Assembly: GCA_964582005.1 (NCBI GenBank)
Contig: CAZOQL010000001.1
Coordinates: 236 to 64,235 of the forward strand
Source: an uncultured Flavobacteriaceae bacterium
Lineage (GTDB): Bacteria; Bacteroidota; Bacteroidia; Flavobacteriales; Flavobacteriaceae
Reading direction: 5' to 3'
Length of the DNA: 64,000 bases
Under the pieces are notes generated by a model. That model did not search any database and was not told the origin of the DNA. It saw only the letters and a program-made list of their open reading frames with translations. A program made the position numbers and the translations under genes. Below, piece after piece: positions 29,932 through 38,842 of this stretch. Positions within the stretch are counted from its first letter, which is position 1. The number at the start of each line of letters is the position of its first letter.

Positions 29932-30393
29932 TTAAAATACTATTTTAACTTTGGTTTCTATGATATCTTTAAAAGCGATACATATACTTTTTTGAACAGT
30001 GATTTTTCCTTTACCTATTGGTTTAGGTTCTCTCGCTTTCCACTCTAAATTAATACTCTCATCTTTAACACTTACTAAAGTTCCTTCGAACTTTTCATTC
30101 TCGGTTTTTACTTTTACTATTCTTCCTATGTTTTTATTATATTGCCTTCTGTTTTTAATAGAATCTGCAATATCAGGAGAACTTACTTCTAAAGAAAAAT
30201 CTTCTTCTTCTCTATCTAAATCATGTTCAATATGACGACTTATACGAATACATTCTTTTAAATTAACACCTTGATCACCATCAATAATAATATTAATTTT
30301 ATTATTGTCTAAATATTTCATCTCTACTAAAAACAAAGATTTGTTTTCGGCTAATGCTTCGGTTAATAAATCTTCTATTATTTTATTGTTCAT
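29932..30393 (-). CDS. rimP: Ribosome maturation factor RimP
   Basis: 153 aa. Conserved position upstream of nusA. Contains LEVSSPD. Confidence 0.8.
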   Translation of the reverse strand: MNNKIIEDLLTEALAENKSLFLVEMKYLDNNKINIIIDGDQGVNLKECIRISRHIEHDLDREEEDFSLEVSSPDIADSIKNRRQYNKNIGRIVKVKTENEKFEGTLVSVKDESINLEWKAREPKPIGKGKITVQKSICIAFKDIIETKVKIVF

Positions 30394-30424
30394 TTTTACT
30401 TAAACAGTACTTGTTAAAAATTGC

Positions 30425-30454
30425 TATAAAAAAAGAGGACTTTTCGTCCTCTTT
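30425..30454 (-). terminator. Intrinsic-terminator-like hairpin inside the predicted rimP-nusA-infB leader
   Basis: The - strand reads AAAGAGGAC-gaaaa-GTCCTCTTT, followed by TTTTAT. Together with the stem Ts this gives a 7-U run. It lies 31 nt upstream of the rimP ATG. Confidence 0.6.
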
Positions 30455-30480
30455 CATTTATATCTCCGCTATTTCGACTG

Positions 30481-30488
30481 CAAATGTA
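30481..30488 (-). promoter_or_regulatory. Candidate -7 box for rimP-nusA-infB
   Basis: The reverse strand reads TACATTTG, with 87 nt to ATG 30393. The leader hairpin 30432-30454 lies in between. Confidence 0.4.
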
Positions 30489-30582
30489 TAAAAATATTTT
30501 AAATTACCAAATTTAGTAGCCACTAATTATTTTATTTTGTAACTTTACATTAATTTAAGTAAAACTATAAAACTATCTTATT

Positions 30583-31410
30583 ATGAAACGTATCCTAGTT
30601 CCAATTGACTTTTCAGAACAAGCTAAAGCTGCTGCAAAAGTTGCTGCAAAAATTGCAAAACAAGTAGGTGCTGAAATTTATTTATTACACATGCTTGAAA
30701 TGCCAGAAGGTATTATTGACATGCAAGGCGGAAGTGACAATAGCACACCTGCCTCTTTATTATTTATGAAAAAAGTACACGAGCGTTTTACTGAATTGAA
30801 AAATGAAACGTTTTTTAATGGTATAACCCTTAAAGAGACAGTGCAATTTCACAAAACTTTTGATGGTGTTATTGAAGAAAGTAAAAAAAATAATATTGAT
30901 TTAGTTGTAATGGGTTCTGCTGGAGCAACTGGGTTAACAGAAATTCTAATTGGTTCTAATACGGAGAAAGTGGTACGCCACTCTGACGTTCCTGTTTTGG
31001 TAATTAAAAAAGATACTAGTGATTTTGTGATAAATAATATTGTATTTGCATCTGATTTTGCGAACGATAGTAAAAATAAATTCCAAAACATTATTAATTT
31101 TGCAGCTATTTTTAATGCCAAACTACATTTGTTATATGTAAATACTGCGCATAACTTTAATAGCACTAAAAAAATTAGTTCAACTATTAATAATTTTGTT
31201 TCTGAGTTTACTATTCCTGATTTTGACACCTATATCTATAATGATATCTCGGTAGAGAAAGGTATTTTAAATTATACAAATGACATTCAGGCCGATCTAA
31301 TTGCATTAAACACACACGGAAGAAGTGGTTTGTCACAATTATTTAACGCAAGCATTAGCGAAGAGCTAACCAATCATGCTTTAAAGCCAGTCATTACTTT
31401 TAAAATTTAA
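30583..31410 (+). CDS. Universal stress protein (tandem UspA domains)
   Basis: MKRILVPIDFS and LVVMGSAGATGL in the first half. A repeated half reads IALNTHGRSGL. Confidence 0.75.
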   Translation: MKRILVPIDFSEQAKAAAKVAAKIAKQVGAEIYLLHMLEMPEGIIDMQGGSDNSTPASLLFMKKVHERFTELKNETFFNGITLKETVQFHKTFDGVIEESKKNNIDLVVMGSAGATGLTEILIGSNTEKVVRHSDVPVLVIKKDTSDFVINNIVFASDFANDSKNKFQNIINFAAIFNAKLHLLYVNTAHNFNSTKKISSTINNFVSEFTIPDFDTYIYNDISVEKGILNYTNDIQADLIALNTHGRSGLSQLFNASISEELTNHALKPVITFKI

Positions 31411-31557
31411 AACGGATTTTTTAAAATATAATATTCTACTTCAAACCCAAGTATTGATTTATTAAAAAGAGTTTTAAAACATCTAATTTAGCATAGAACT
31501 CATTCTATACATCTTATTTATAGTTAATTAAATGCGTTTAAAGAGTAGTAAAATAAA

Positions 31558-31586
31558 AATATTCGAGACTATTACTCTCGAATATT
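31558..31586. terminator. Bidirectional hairpin between the convergent usp and OM-barrel genes
   Basis: AATATTCGAG-actattact-CTCGAATATT. On the - strand it is followed by TTTTATTTT. Confidence 0.55.
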
Positions 31587-31660
31587 TTAAACTATTTTAC
31601 ATTAAGCCCAGTTAGTTGTTACTATGATGTAGGATTAAATAAATATAAAGTAATTTGTTT

Positions 31661-32398
31661 TTATTCTAAATGAAAAACAACACCTAAATTGAAAATTACT
31701 TGTGAATCATTATTATTATCACCAAGAACATTCGAATCTAAGCCTTCTACTCTATCGGATAAAAAACTATTAAATCTCGATTCAAAAACTATATCAACTT
31801 CATCTAATCTATATCGAGTACCAACACCATATGTTAAAGAGAACACCTTTTGTTTATTTAAAAATACATTGTCATTTGTAGGTGTAAATATATTGGGTAA
31901 CGGTTGTGTTGTTTCTAAGCTAGGACTAATACTAGAATACGAAAAACCTGTAATAAAATAAGGTTCTAATTTATATTTTTCTTCTCTTATTGAAAAAATA
32001 TATATTTCAGAAAATAGGCCAAGGTTTAACATTTTAGTATTTCCTTTCATTGCTGCATAGTTTATAAATTCAGCATTAGTAGGTTCTATTGGCAAACCAT
32101 CGTATTCAAAATTAACAGCAGAATAAGAGAGTTCGAGTCTTTCTTTTACGTGATCTGCTAAGAAAGAAAAAACAGGAGATGATAGTCTTGAATCAGAAAA
32201 ATCTGCTATATAAGCACCTGCAAAACTAAACCCAACATTATTGGTTGCACTACTAAATTTTTTAGCTTCACCATAATCGGTTTGCATATAATTGGATCCT
32301 AAAAAAACACCTAATTCATGATTAATAATTGTGTTTTGTGCTTTACTATTAAATAAAAATAAGATAAAAAAAGCAAGAAAGAACGTATGTGTTTTCAT
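31661..32398 (-). CDS. Predicted outer-membrane beta-barrel protein (function unknown)
   Basis: Signal peptide ending SKAQ. Alternating-hydrophobic strands and a C-terminal aromatic-rich strand (VIFNLGVVFHLE). Confidence 0.45.
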   Translation of the reverse strand: MKTHTFFLAFFILFLFNSKAQNTIINHELGVFLGSNYMQTDYGEAKKFSSATNNVGFSFAGAYIADFSDSRLSSPVFSFLADHVKERLELSYSAVNFEYDGLPIEPTNAEFINYAAMKGNTKMLNLGLFSEIYIFSIREEKYKLEPYFITGFSYSSISPSLETTQPLPNIFTPTNDNVFLNKQKVFSLTYGVGTRYRLDEVDIVFESRFNSFLSDRVEGLDSNVLGDNNNDSQVIFNLGVVFHLE

Positions 32399-32478
32399 AA
32401 AAATTTAATTTAATTACAAATGTAATCAAAAAAAAACAAAAAATCTCTTTATAGATGGTGCATAATTAAAGACACCAA

Positions 32479-32802
32479 CTATCTAATAGGTATCCAATAA
32501 ACATCTTTAAAATTACAAATTTTATTATTTTCAATAGTAATTCCTTCACTTTCTAGTAGCTGCTGCATTAAATTAGTGCCGCTAAAATGATGTTTTCCAG
32601 TCAATAGCCCTTGTTTATTAACTACACGATGTGCAGGAACAGTATCATCTCCATGGACAGCATTCATTGCCCAACCTACCATTCTAGCAGAACGAGCCGC
32701 TCCTAAAAATTTGGCTATTTCACCATAAGACGTAACTTTTCCGTAAGGAATTGTTCGTACAACAACATACACTTTTTTAAAAAAATTATCTGATTTTTTC
32801 AT
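32479..32802 (-). CDS. MGMT-family DNA-binding protein lacking the acceptor cysteine (alkyltransferase-like, ATL)
   Basis: 107 aa. IPYGKVTSYGEIA and VPAHRVVN, where canonical Ogt/Ada has PCHRV. Confidence 0.7.
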   Translation of the reverse strand: MKKSDNFFKKVYVVVRTIPYGKVTSYGEIAKFLGAARSARMVGWAMNAVHGDDTVPAHRVVNKQGLLTGKHHFSGTNLMQQLLESEGITIENNKICNFKDVYWIPIR

Positions 32803-32822
32803 TTGAAAACGACAAAATAAAT

Positions 32823-33494
32823 TTAAAAATTTAACCTAAATTTAAGATAAGTAATTGCTTTATTTTTTTCTAAATATTGCTTTTCATAAAAAGTCTGTAT
32901 AGCAGTTGCTTCTGTAGGCGACTCATTATTATTATAAATATGATGGTGTGCATATATAATTTCTTGTTCTAATCCTTGTAAAAGTCCTAATGTATATCCG
33001 TGCATAAACTCACTATCCGTTTTTAAGTGAATGATACCTTTTTTTATTAAAATATGATGGTACTTTTTTAAAAAACTCAAATTTGTTAATCTATGTACAA
33101 TACGAGTATGTTTAATTTGTGGGTCTGGAAAAGTAATCCAAATTTCAGAAACTTCTCCTTTAGAAAAGCACAAGTCTATTAATTCAATTTGTGTTCTTAA
33201 AAACGCAACATTGTTTAAATTTTCTTTTATGGCTGTTTTTGCTCCACGCCAAAAACGCGCGCCTTTAATATCAACACCAATATAGTTTATATTAGGATTT
33301 TTTTTTGCAAGTGCTACTGTATATTCTCCTTTGCCACAACCTAATTCTAAAACAATTGGATTGTCATTACCAAAAAATTCTTGCCATTTACCTTGTAAAT
33401 CAAACTGCTCTAAAACATCTTCTCTTGTTGGTTGTACAACATTTTTGAAGTTGTCGTTTTCACGAAATCGTTTTAATTTATTTTTACTTCCCAC
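32823..33494 (-). CDS. trmB: tRNA (guanine46-N7)-methyltransferase
   Basis: VLELGCGKGEY SAM motif and ITFPDPQ. Confidence 0.85.
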   Translation of the reverse strand: MGSKNKLKRFRENDNFKNVVQPTREDVLEQFDLQGKWQEFFGNDNPIVLELGCGKGEYTVALAKKNPNINYIGVDIKGARFWRGAKTAIKENLNNVAFLRTQIELIDLCFSKGEVSEIWITFPDPQIKHTRIVHRLTNLSFLKKYHHILIKKGIIHLKTDSEFMHGYTLGLLQGLEQEIIYAHHHIYNNNESPTEATAIQTFYEKQYLEKNKAITYLKFRLNF

Positions 33495-33499
33495 TTTTT

Positions 33500-33715
33500 T
33501 TATATGGAATCTTCGGTATTTGTTCTTTTAAATTTAGCCATTTGAGTAAACCAATAGCCAAATAGAACAACTCCAATTAAAAATAAAATTATATTAATGG
33601 TATTAGCAGCCCACCAATTTTCTGAATTATTCATTTCTCTAAAAAAATCAAACGGTGTAAATAGTACATTTGTAAAAAAATCTCCAATAGCTTTCCAAAT
33701 ATTTAATCCAATCAT
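33500..33715 (-). CDS. Small membrane protein (function unknown)
   Basis: 71 aa with one clear TM helix (INIILFLIGVVLFGYWF). Only 6 bp from trmB. Confidence 0.45.
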   Translation of the reverse strand: MIGLNIWKAIGDFFTNVLFTPFDFFREMNNSENWWAANTINIILFLIGVVLFGYWFTQMAKFKRTNTEDSI

Positions 33716-33748
33716 AATTTTATTTTTTAAAAAACTCTAAATTTTAGG

Positions 33749-33770
33749 TTAGTTTCTAATTAGTCTTTAC
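33749..33770. repeat. TTAG-TCTT type short repeat in a divergent intergenic region
   Basis: TTAGTTTCTAATTAGTCTTTAC contains TTAGTCTTTA, the reverse complement of TAAAGACTAA seen at 4058-4080, 38160 and 40744. Confidence 0.4.
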
Positions 33771-33822
33771 TTTCGTACAAGAGATTAATTCTTAATACAA
33801 TGCAAAAATAAGTAATAATTTT

Positions 33823-34734
33823 ATGATTATCAATTTTTTTAATAAAACAAAACCAATAAATCTTGTTTTTTTAAGTGGTTTACTTATAATAATACGGTTT
33901 AGCAATAACTTTATTTATAATGAAGGTTTATTATCTCTAAATTTATTTTTAGAAACCTTTATTTTATCGATTAGTTTATTTCTATTTAATCATATTGTAT
34001 TTAAAAATAGTCTGACCAGTAAATCAGACTTTGGCATTTTGATTTATGTTTTCTTAATTGGATTTTTCTTTCTAGAAAAAGGGAATGAGAGTATCTTATT
34101 TTCTCATTTTTTTTTATTACTTGCCTATCAAAAAATTTATCAATTAAATTCTGAAATTAATACTAAATCAATTTTATTTGATAGTGGTTTTTGGCTTGGT
34201 ATAGCAGGTCTCTTTTATCCACAAAGTAGTTTTTTTATACTTTTAGTACTAATAGCATTACTAGTAAATAATAAAATGAATTGGCGCAATTTTTTAATGC
34301 CTTTTTTAGGTTTTTCAGCTCCCATCTTTATTTTTTATACTTATTTATTTTTTACAAATCAATTGCATTTTTTTAATGAAATTATTTCTTTTATAACATC
34401 TTATGATTATACTATTTATAATACCATTCTTTTTTTAATACCTATTATTTATTTTATTTTTCTTATTATTTGGTCTATTATTACTATTTCTAATAAACAA
34501 TCTCAAGAATCTATAGAGTTTAGAATTAATTGGATTTTAGTAGTAGTGCATTTTTTAATAGCGCTTATTATAGTGTTAACAACGGATGTTAAAAATGGAA
34601 GTGAAATGTTGTTTTTATTTTTTCCAGTAAGTATTATTATTGCAAATCATCTTCGTTTACTTTCTAAAAAATGGCTTAAACGAATTGTTTTGTACACATT
34701 TATTTTTCTATTAATACTAATGAAGTTTTTATAA
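33823..34734 (+). CDS. Polytopic integral membrane protein (function unknown)
   Basis: 303 aa with about 8 hydrophobic helices. No recognisable catalytic motif. Confidence 0.5.
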   Translation: MIINFFNKTKPINLVFLSGLLIIIRFSNNFIYNEGLLSLNLFLETFILSISLFLFNHIVFKNSLTSKSDFGILIYVFLIGFFFLEKGNESILFSHFFLLLAYQKIYQLNSEINTKSILFDSGFWLGIAGLFYPQSSFFILLVLIALLVNNKMNWRNFLMPFLGFSAPIFIFYTYLFFTNQLHFFNEIISFITSYDYTIYNTILFLIPIIYFIFLIIWSIITISNKQSQESIEFRINWILVVVHFLIALIIVLTTDVKNGSEMLFLFFPVSIIIANHLRLLSKKWLKRIVLYTFIFLLILMKFL

Positions 34735-35382
34735 TTTTTTTCCGAAAGCTAGGTCACCTGCATCACCAAGACCTGGAATAATATATCCTTTTTCATTTAA
34801 AGTATCGTCAATTGCAGCTATCCATAAATGGGTGTTTTTAGGAAAGTAATTTTCAATAAATGAAACGCCATCTTTTGCGCCAATTACACAGGCTATATGA
34901 ATTTCTTTTGGAATACCATGTTTTTTTATAGCTTCATAAACTGCTACTAATGAGTTTCCAGTTGCTAACATTGGATCCGCCAAAATTAATGTTTTTCCTT
35001 CTAAAGTAGGTGAAGCAAAATATTCGACCACTATTTCAAACGCATCGTCTTTATTAGGATGATCTCTATATGCTGAAATATAGGCATTCTCTACATTATC
35101 AAAATAATTCAACAAACCTTGATGTAATGGTAAACCAGCTCTTAAAATGGAACACAATACGATGTTTTCATCTATAGTTTTCACTTCCTTATTTCCTAAT
35201 GGAGTTGTTGTCGTTTGTTTTTTAAATTGTAATCCTTTACTTAATTCATAAGCCAAAATCTCTCCAATACGTTCTAAATTACGTCTAAAACGCATAGAAT
35301 CTTGTTGGATTTTTACATCTCTAATTTCTGATAAAAAAGTATTTAATATCGAATTATTTTTATTTAACTGATGAACAATCAT
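34729..35382 (-). CDS. upp: Uracil phosphoribosyltransferase
   Basis: LILADPMLATGNS PRPP-binding motif and C-terminal YIIPGLGDAGD. Confidence 0.9.
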   Translation of the reverse strand: MIVHQLNKNNSILNTFLSEIRDVKIQQDSMRFRRNLERIGEILAYELSKGLQFKKQTTTTPLGNKEVKTIDENIVLCSILRAGLPLHQGLLNYFDNVENAYISAYRDHPNKDDAFEIVVEYFASPTLEGKTLILADPMLATGNSLVAVYEAIKKHGIPKEIHIACVIGAKDGVSFIENYFPKNTHLWIAAIDDTLNEKGYIIPGLGDAGDLAFGKKL

Positions 35383-35398
35383 ATAGGTATATTTATGT

Positions 35399-35406
35399 CA
35401 AAGATA
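35399..35406 (-). promoter_or_regulatory. Candidate -7 box for upp
   Basis: The reverse strand reads TATCTTTG, with 16 nt to ATG 35382. Confidence 0.4.
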
Positions 35407-35515
35407 CAATTTTTCGGCACACTTATTGCGTAAGAAAACCTGTAAAAAGTTGATGGTGTTAAAAAAATTCGTAACTTCACAACTTAAATTATTAATCATT
35501 AAAATTAAAATTATT

Positions 35516-35980
35516 ATGGGATTATTCTCTTTTATTAAAAATGCTGGAGCAAAGGTTTTTGGCATAGGAAAAACAACCGGTGAAGAAGCTGCAGAAGCTG
35601 CTGCTGAGAAAGCTACAAAATTAGTGAACGCAGTAGAAACTTTAGGTTTTGAAGTAACTGACTTAGATATTGTAGTTGATGGTGATACTGCATTGGTTTA
35701 TGGTGAAGCCGCAGATCAAGCAACACGTGAAAAAGTAGTGTTAGTTATTGGTAATACTGAAGGTATTGCAAGTGTAGACGACAGAATGTCGACTGCAATT
35801 GAAGAGCCACAAGCGCAATTTCATGCAGTTGTAAGTGGTGACACTTTAGGTAAAATAGCAAAAAAATATTATGGTAATGCAATGAAATACCCAGTTATTT
35901 TTGAAGCAAACAAACCTATGTTATCACATCCTGATAAAATTTATGTAGGGCAAACTTTACGAATTCCTTCTTTAGATTAA
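35516..35980 (+). CDS. kbp: BON-LysM protein (Kbp/YgaU-type peptidoglycan-binding protein)
   Basis: MGLFSFIKNAGAKVFG N-terminus, GIASVDD (BON), and SGDTLGKIAKKYYGNAMKYPVIFEANKPMLSHPDKIYVGQTLRIP (LysM). The upstream 30 codons of the ORF track were rejected. Confidence 0.85.
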   Translation: MGLFSFIKNAGAKVFGIGKTTGEEAAEAAAEKATKLVNAVETLGFEVTDLDIVVDGDTALVYGEAADQATREKVVLVIGNTEGIASVDDRMSTAIEEPQAQFHAVVSGDTLGKIAKKYYGNAMKYPVIFEANKPMLSHPDKIYVGQTLRIPSLD

Positions 35981-35998
35981 GTTCTAATCAATGTATTC

Positions 35999-36032
35999 AA
36001 AAAAGACTCATTAATATAATGAGTCTTTTTTT
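35999..36032. terminator. Bidirectional terminator between kbp/lysM and nqrF
   Basis: AAAAAAGACTCATT-aatat-AATGAGTCTTTTTT is a perfect 14-bp stem with A/T runs on both sides. Confidence 0.75.
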
Positions 36033-36054
36033 ATGCTATCTACCAAAAATTTGA

Positions 36055-37347
36055 TTACCCACCAAAATCATCAAAACGGATATTCTCGTCTGCCAGACCA
36101 AAATCTTCACCCATTTTTTGTACCGCATTATTCATTAATGGTGGTCCACAAAAATACAGTTCTAAATCTTCGGGAGCTTCATGTTTTGATAAGTATTGAT
36201 CTATTACTACTTGGTGAATAAAACCTGTAAACCCATCTCCTTTTTCATCGTTAATATCTGTTTTAACTTTCCAATTATCTTCTTCAGCAGGATCAGATAA
36301 TCCAACAAAAAATTTAAAGTTAGGAAAATCTTTTTCTAAAGCTCTAAAGTGTTCTACATAAAATAATTCTGCTTTTGAACGTCCACCATACCAATACGTA
36401 ACCGTTCTACCTGTTTTTAAAGTACGGAATAGGTGATATAAATGCGAACGCATTGGAGCCATTCCTGCTCCACCACCAACATAAAGCATTTCTGCATCGC
36501 TTTCATTTATAAAGAATTCACCATAAGGACCAGAAACTATTACTTTATCGCCTGGTTTTTGATCGAAAATATAAGATGAAGCAATTCCTGGATTTACATT
36601 CATCCATCCATTTTTATCTTTATCCCAAGGTGGAGTAGCAATACGTACGTTTAACATTACTCGTCTTCCTTCATCAGGATAAGATGCCATTGAATAGGCT
36701 CGTTCTACATTCTCAGAATTTTTCATTTTTAAAGGCCAAAGATTGAATTTTTTCCAATCAGCTTTAAATTTATCTGGTTCACCTGGATGCTCTTCTGGAT
36801 GTGCTGAAACGTCCATAGTTTCATAATTCACTTCGGTATCAGGTATTTCAATTTGAATATAACCACCTGCTTTATAAGCCATATCTTCTGGTAATTCAAC
36901 AATAAACTCTTTAATAAATGTTGCAACGTTGTAATTAGAAACTACAGTTGCTTCCCATTTTTTGATACCAAATATTTCTTCTGGAATAGTGATTTCCATA
37001 TCATTTTTTACTTTTACCTGACAAGATAAACGAATTCCTTCTGCCAATTCTTTACGTGTAAAGTGAGGAACTTCGGTTGGCAAAGCTTCTCCACCACCAG
37101 ATTGAACGTGGCATTCACATTGCACACAAGTTCCTCCACCACCGCAAGCCGATGGTAAGAATATTTTTTCATCACCTAACGTTTGTAATAAAGTTGATCC
37201 TGCATCTACTTCGATTGTTTTTTCTCCATTTATGGTAATTTTCACTTTACCTGAAGGCATTAATTTCGATTTTGCGAATAGTAAAATACTTACTAAAAAA
37301 ATAATTAGAATTAACGAAAATACGATACTTGCTACTATTGGACTCAT
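36055..37347 (-). CDS. nqrF: Na+-translocating NADH:quinone oxidoreductase subunit F
   Basis: N-terminal TM helix, the CGGGGTCVQC 2Fe-2S motif, and RAYSMAS FAD plus NADH-binding regions. Confidence 0.95.
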   Translation of the reverse strand: MSPIVASIVFSLILIIFLVSILLFAKSKLMPSGKVKITINGEKTIEVDAGSTLLQTLGDEKIFLPSACGGGGTCVQCECHVQSGGGEALPTEVPHFTRKELAEGIRLSCQVKVKNDMEITIPEEIFGIKKWEATVVSNYNVATFIKEFIVELPEDMAYKAGGYIQIEIPDTEVNYETMDVSAHPEEHPGEPDKFKADWKKFNLWPLKMKNSENVERAYSMASYPDEGRRVMLNVRIATPPWDKDKNGWMNVNPGIASSYIFDQKPGDKVIVSGPYGEFFINESDAEMLYVGGGAGMAPMRSHLYHLFRTLKTGRTVTYWYGGRSKAELFYVEHFRALEKDFPNFKFFVGLSDPAEEDNWKVKTDINDEKGDGFTGFIHQVVIDQYLSKHEAPEDLELYFCGPPLMNNAVQKMGEDFGLADENIRFDDFGG

Positions 37348-37358
37348 TGTTTGTTTTT

Positions 37359-37392
37359 TAGACTTTAGACTTATAGACAGTAGATTTTAGAC
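37359..37392. repeat. TAGAC heptad array (5 units) in the nqrE-nqrF spacer
   Basis: TAGAC at 37359, 37366, 37374 and 37388, and TAGAT at 37381. The period is 7-8 nt. Confidence 0.8.
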
Positions 37393-37455
37393 AATGTCTT
37401 TCTATTTCACGATAAGTTTAAATCATTTATTTAATATTTTTAATTTTAATCTTTC

Positions 37456-37478
37456 AGTCTAACGTCTAAAAGTCTAAC
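37456..37478. repeat. Inverted GTCTA array (3 units) in the nqrE-nqrF spacer
   Basis: GTCTA at 37457, 37464 and 37472. This is the reverse complement of the 37359-37392 array. Confidence 0.8.
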
Positions 37479-37486
37479 CTTTTTTC

Positions 37487-38104
37487 TTACAATTTAATTC
37501 CACCAAAACTCATAAAGGCAATTGCCATTAAACCTGTAATGATAAAAGTAATACCTAATCCTTTTAAAGGAGCAGGAATATTTGAATAACTAATTTTTTC
37601 TCTAATTGCGGCAATAGCAACAATTGCTAATAACCATCCTATACCAGAACCTAAACCATAAACGAATGATTCGGTTATTGTACCAAAATCTTTTTGTTGC
37701 ATAAATAAAGAACCTCCTAAAATAGCACAGTTTACTGCAATAAGCGGTAAGAATATACCTAATTGACTATATAACGTTGGTGCATATTTTTCAACAATCA
37801 TTTCAACTAATTGTACCATAGATGCAATCACAGAAATAAACATAATAAAGCTTAAGAAACTTAGATCAATAGTTGAATATTCTTCTCCTAACCAAACTAA
37901 AGCACCTGGTTTTAATATATAATTATCTAATAAATAATTTACAGGAACAGTAATAACTAAAACAAATATCACTGCTAAACCTAATCCTACTGCTGTATCT
38001 ACCTTTTTTGATACTGCAAGATAAGAACACATTCCTAAGAAATATGCAAATATCATGTTCTCTATAAAGATACTTTTTACGAATAAACTAATTAATTCTT
38101 CCAT
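37487..38104 (-). CDS. nqrE: Na+-NQR subunit E
   Basis: 205 aa polytopic protein. [11 protein letters not shown] and [11 protein letters not shown] motifs. Confidence 0.9.
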   Translation of the reverse strand: MEELISLFVKSIFIENMIFAYFLGMCSYLAVSKKVDTAVGLGLAVIFVLVITVPVNYLLDNYILKPGALVWLGEEYSTIDLSFLSFIMFISVIASMVQLVEMIVEKYAPTLYSQLGIFLPLIAVNCAILGGSLFMQQKDFGTITESFVYGLGSGIGWLLAIVAIAAIREKISYSNIPAPLKGLGITFIITGLMAIAFMSFGGIKL

Positions 38105-38120
38105 TTTTTTTGTTTTTGTA

Positions 38121-38169
38121 TTCAGTGTTCAGTTTGAATGTATAGTACCAACTGCTAACTAAAGACTAA
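38121..38169. repeat. Heptad repeats in the nqrD-nqrE spacer
   Basis: TTCAGTG TTCAGTT at 38121-38134. CTAACTAAAGACTAA at 38155-38169 overlaps the nqrD stop. Confidence 0.5.
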
Positions 38170-38840
38170 TTATTAGCTTCTATTAAATTTCTACTTCTTG
38201 TTCTTTGTATCCATATATAAATTCCAACTACAATAAGTGCCATTGGAGATAATAACATAAATCCGTTATTTTCATATCCAAAACTATATAAACCTGTTGA
38301 TTCTGCTATTGTTTTTCCTTTGTGTCCTAAAACTTCAAAACCTAATAGTTTACCAGAACCTAATAATTCTCTAAAAAAAGCTACTACGATTAAGATTAAT
38401 GCATATCCACCAGCGTTTCCTATACCATCTAAAAAGGCTCTCCAAGGCGTGTTACCTAAAGCAAAAGCTTCTAATCTACCCATAATTAAACAGTTGGTAA
38501 TAATCAATCCTACAAAAACGGATAGTTCTTTACTTACATCGTATAAAAAGGCTTTTAGAACTAAATCTACTAAAATCACCAAACTAGCTACAATAACTAA
38601 TTGTACTATAATACGAATACGACTTGGTATTAAATTACGTAGTAAAGATACGGCAACGTTACTTGCAACCAAAACAAATAATACTGCAATTGACATTACA
38701 ATTGCGGGTTTTAATTGTACGGTAATTGCTAATGCAGCACATATACCAAGTACTTGTACTGAAACAGGATTATCATCGCCTAAAGGGTCAAGTAATAATC
38801 GTCTATTTTTTGGAGAGAATAATGCTTCTTTTTCTGCCAT
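38166..38840 (-). CDS. nqrD: Na+-NQR subunit D
   Basis: 224 aa. QVLGICAALAIT and ITNCLIMGR motifs. Confidence 0.9.
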   Translation of the reverse strand: MAEKEALFSPKNRRLLLDPLGDDNPVSVQVLGICAALAITVQLKPAIVMSIAVLFVLVASNVAVSLLRNLIPSRIRIIVQLVIVASLVILVDLVLKAFLYDVSKELSVFVGLIITNCLIMGRLEAFALGNTPWRAFLDGIGNAGGYALILIVVAFFRELLGSGKLLGFEVLGHKGKTIAESTGLYSFGYENNGFMLLSPMALIVVGIYIWIQRTRSRNLIEANN

Positions 38841-38842
38841 TG

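Noticed and set aside
30456-30582. Possible tRNA (metY-like) or sRNA gene upstream of rimP, as in E. coli
   Set aside because: The sequence is too AT-rich and has no acceptor or anticodon stem pairing that I can fold. Only a promoter box and the leader hairpin are evident.
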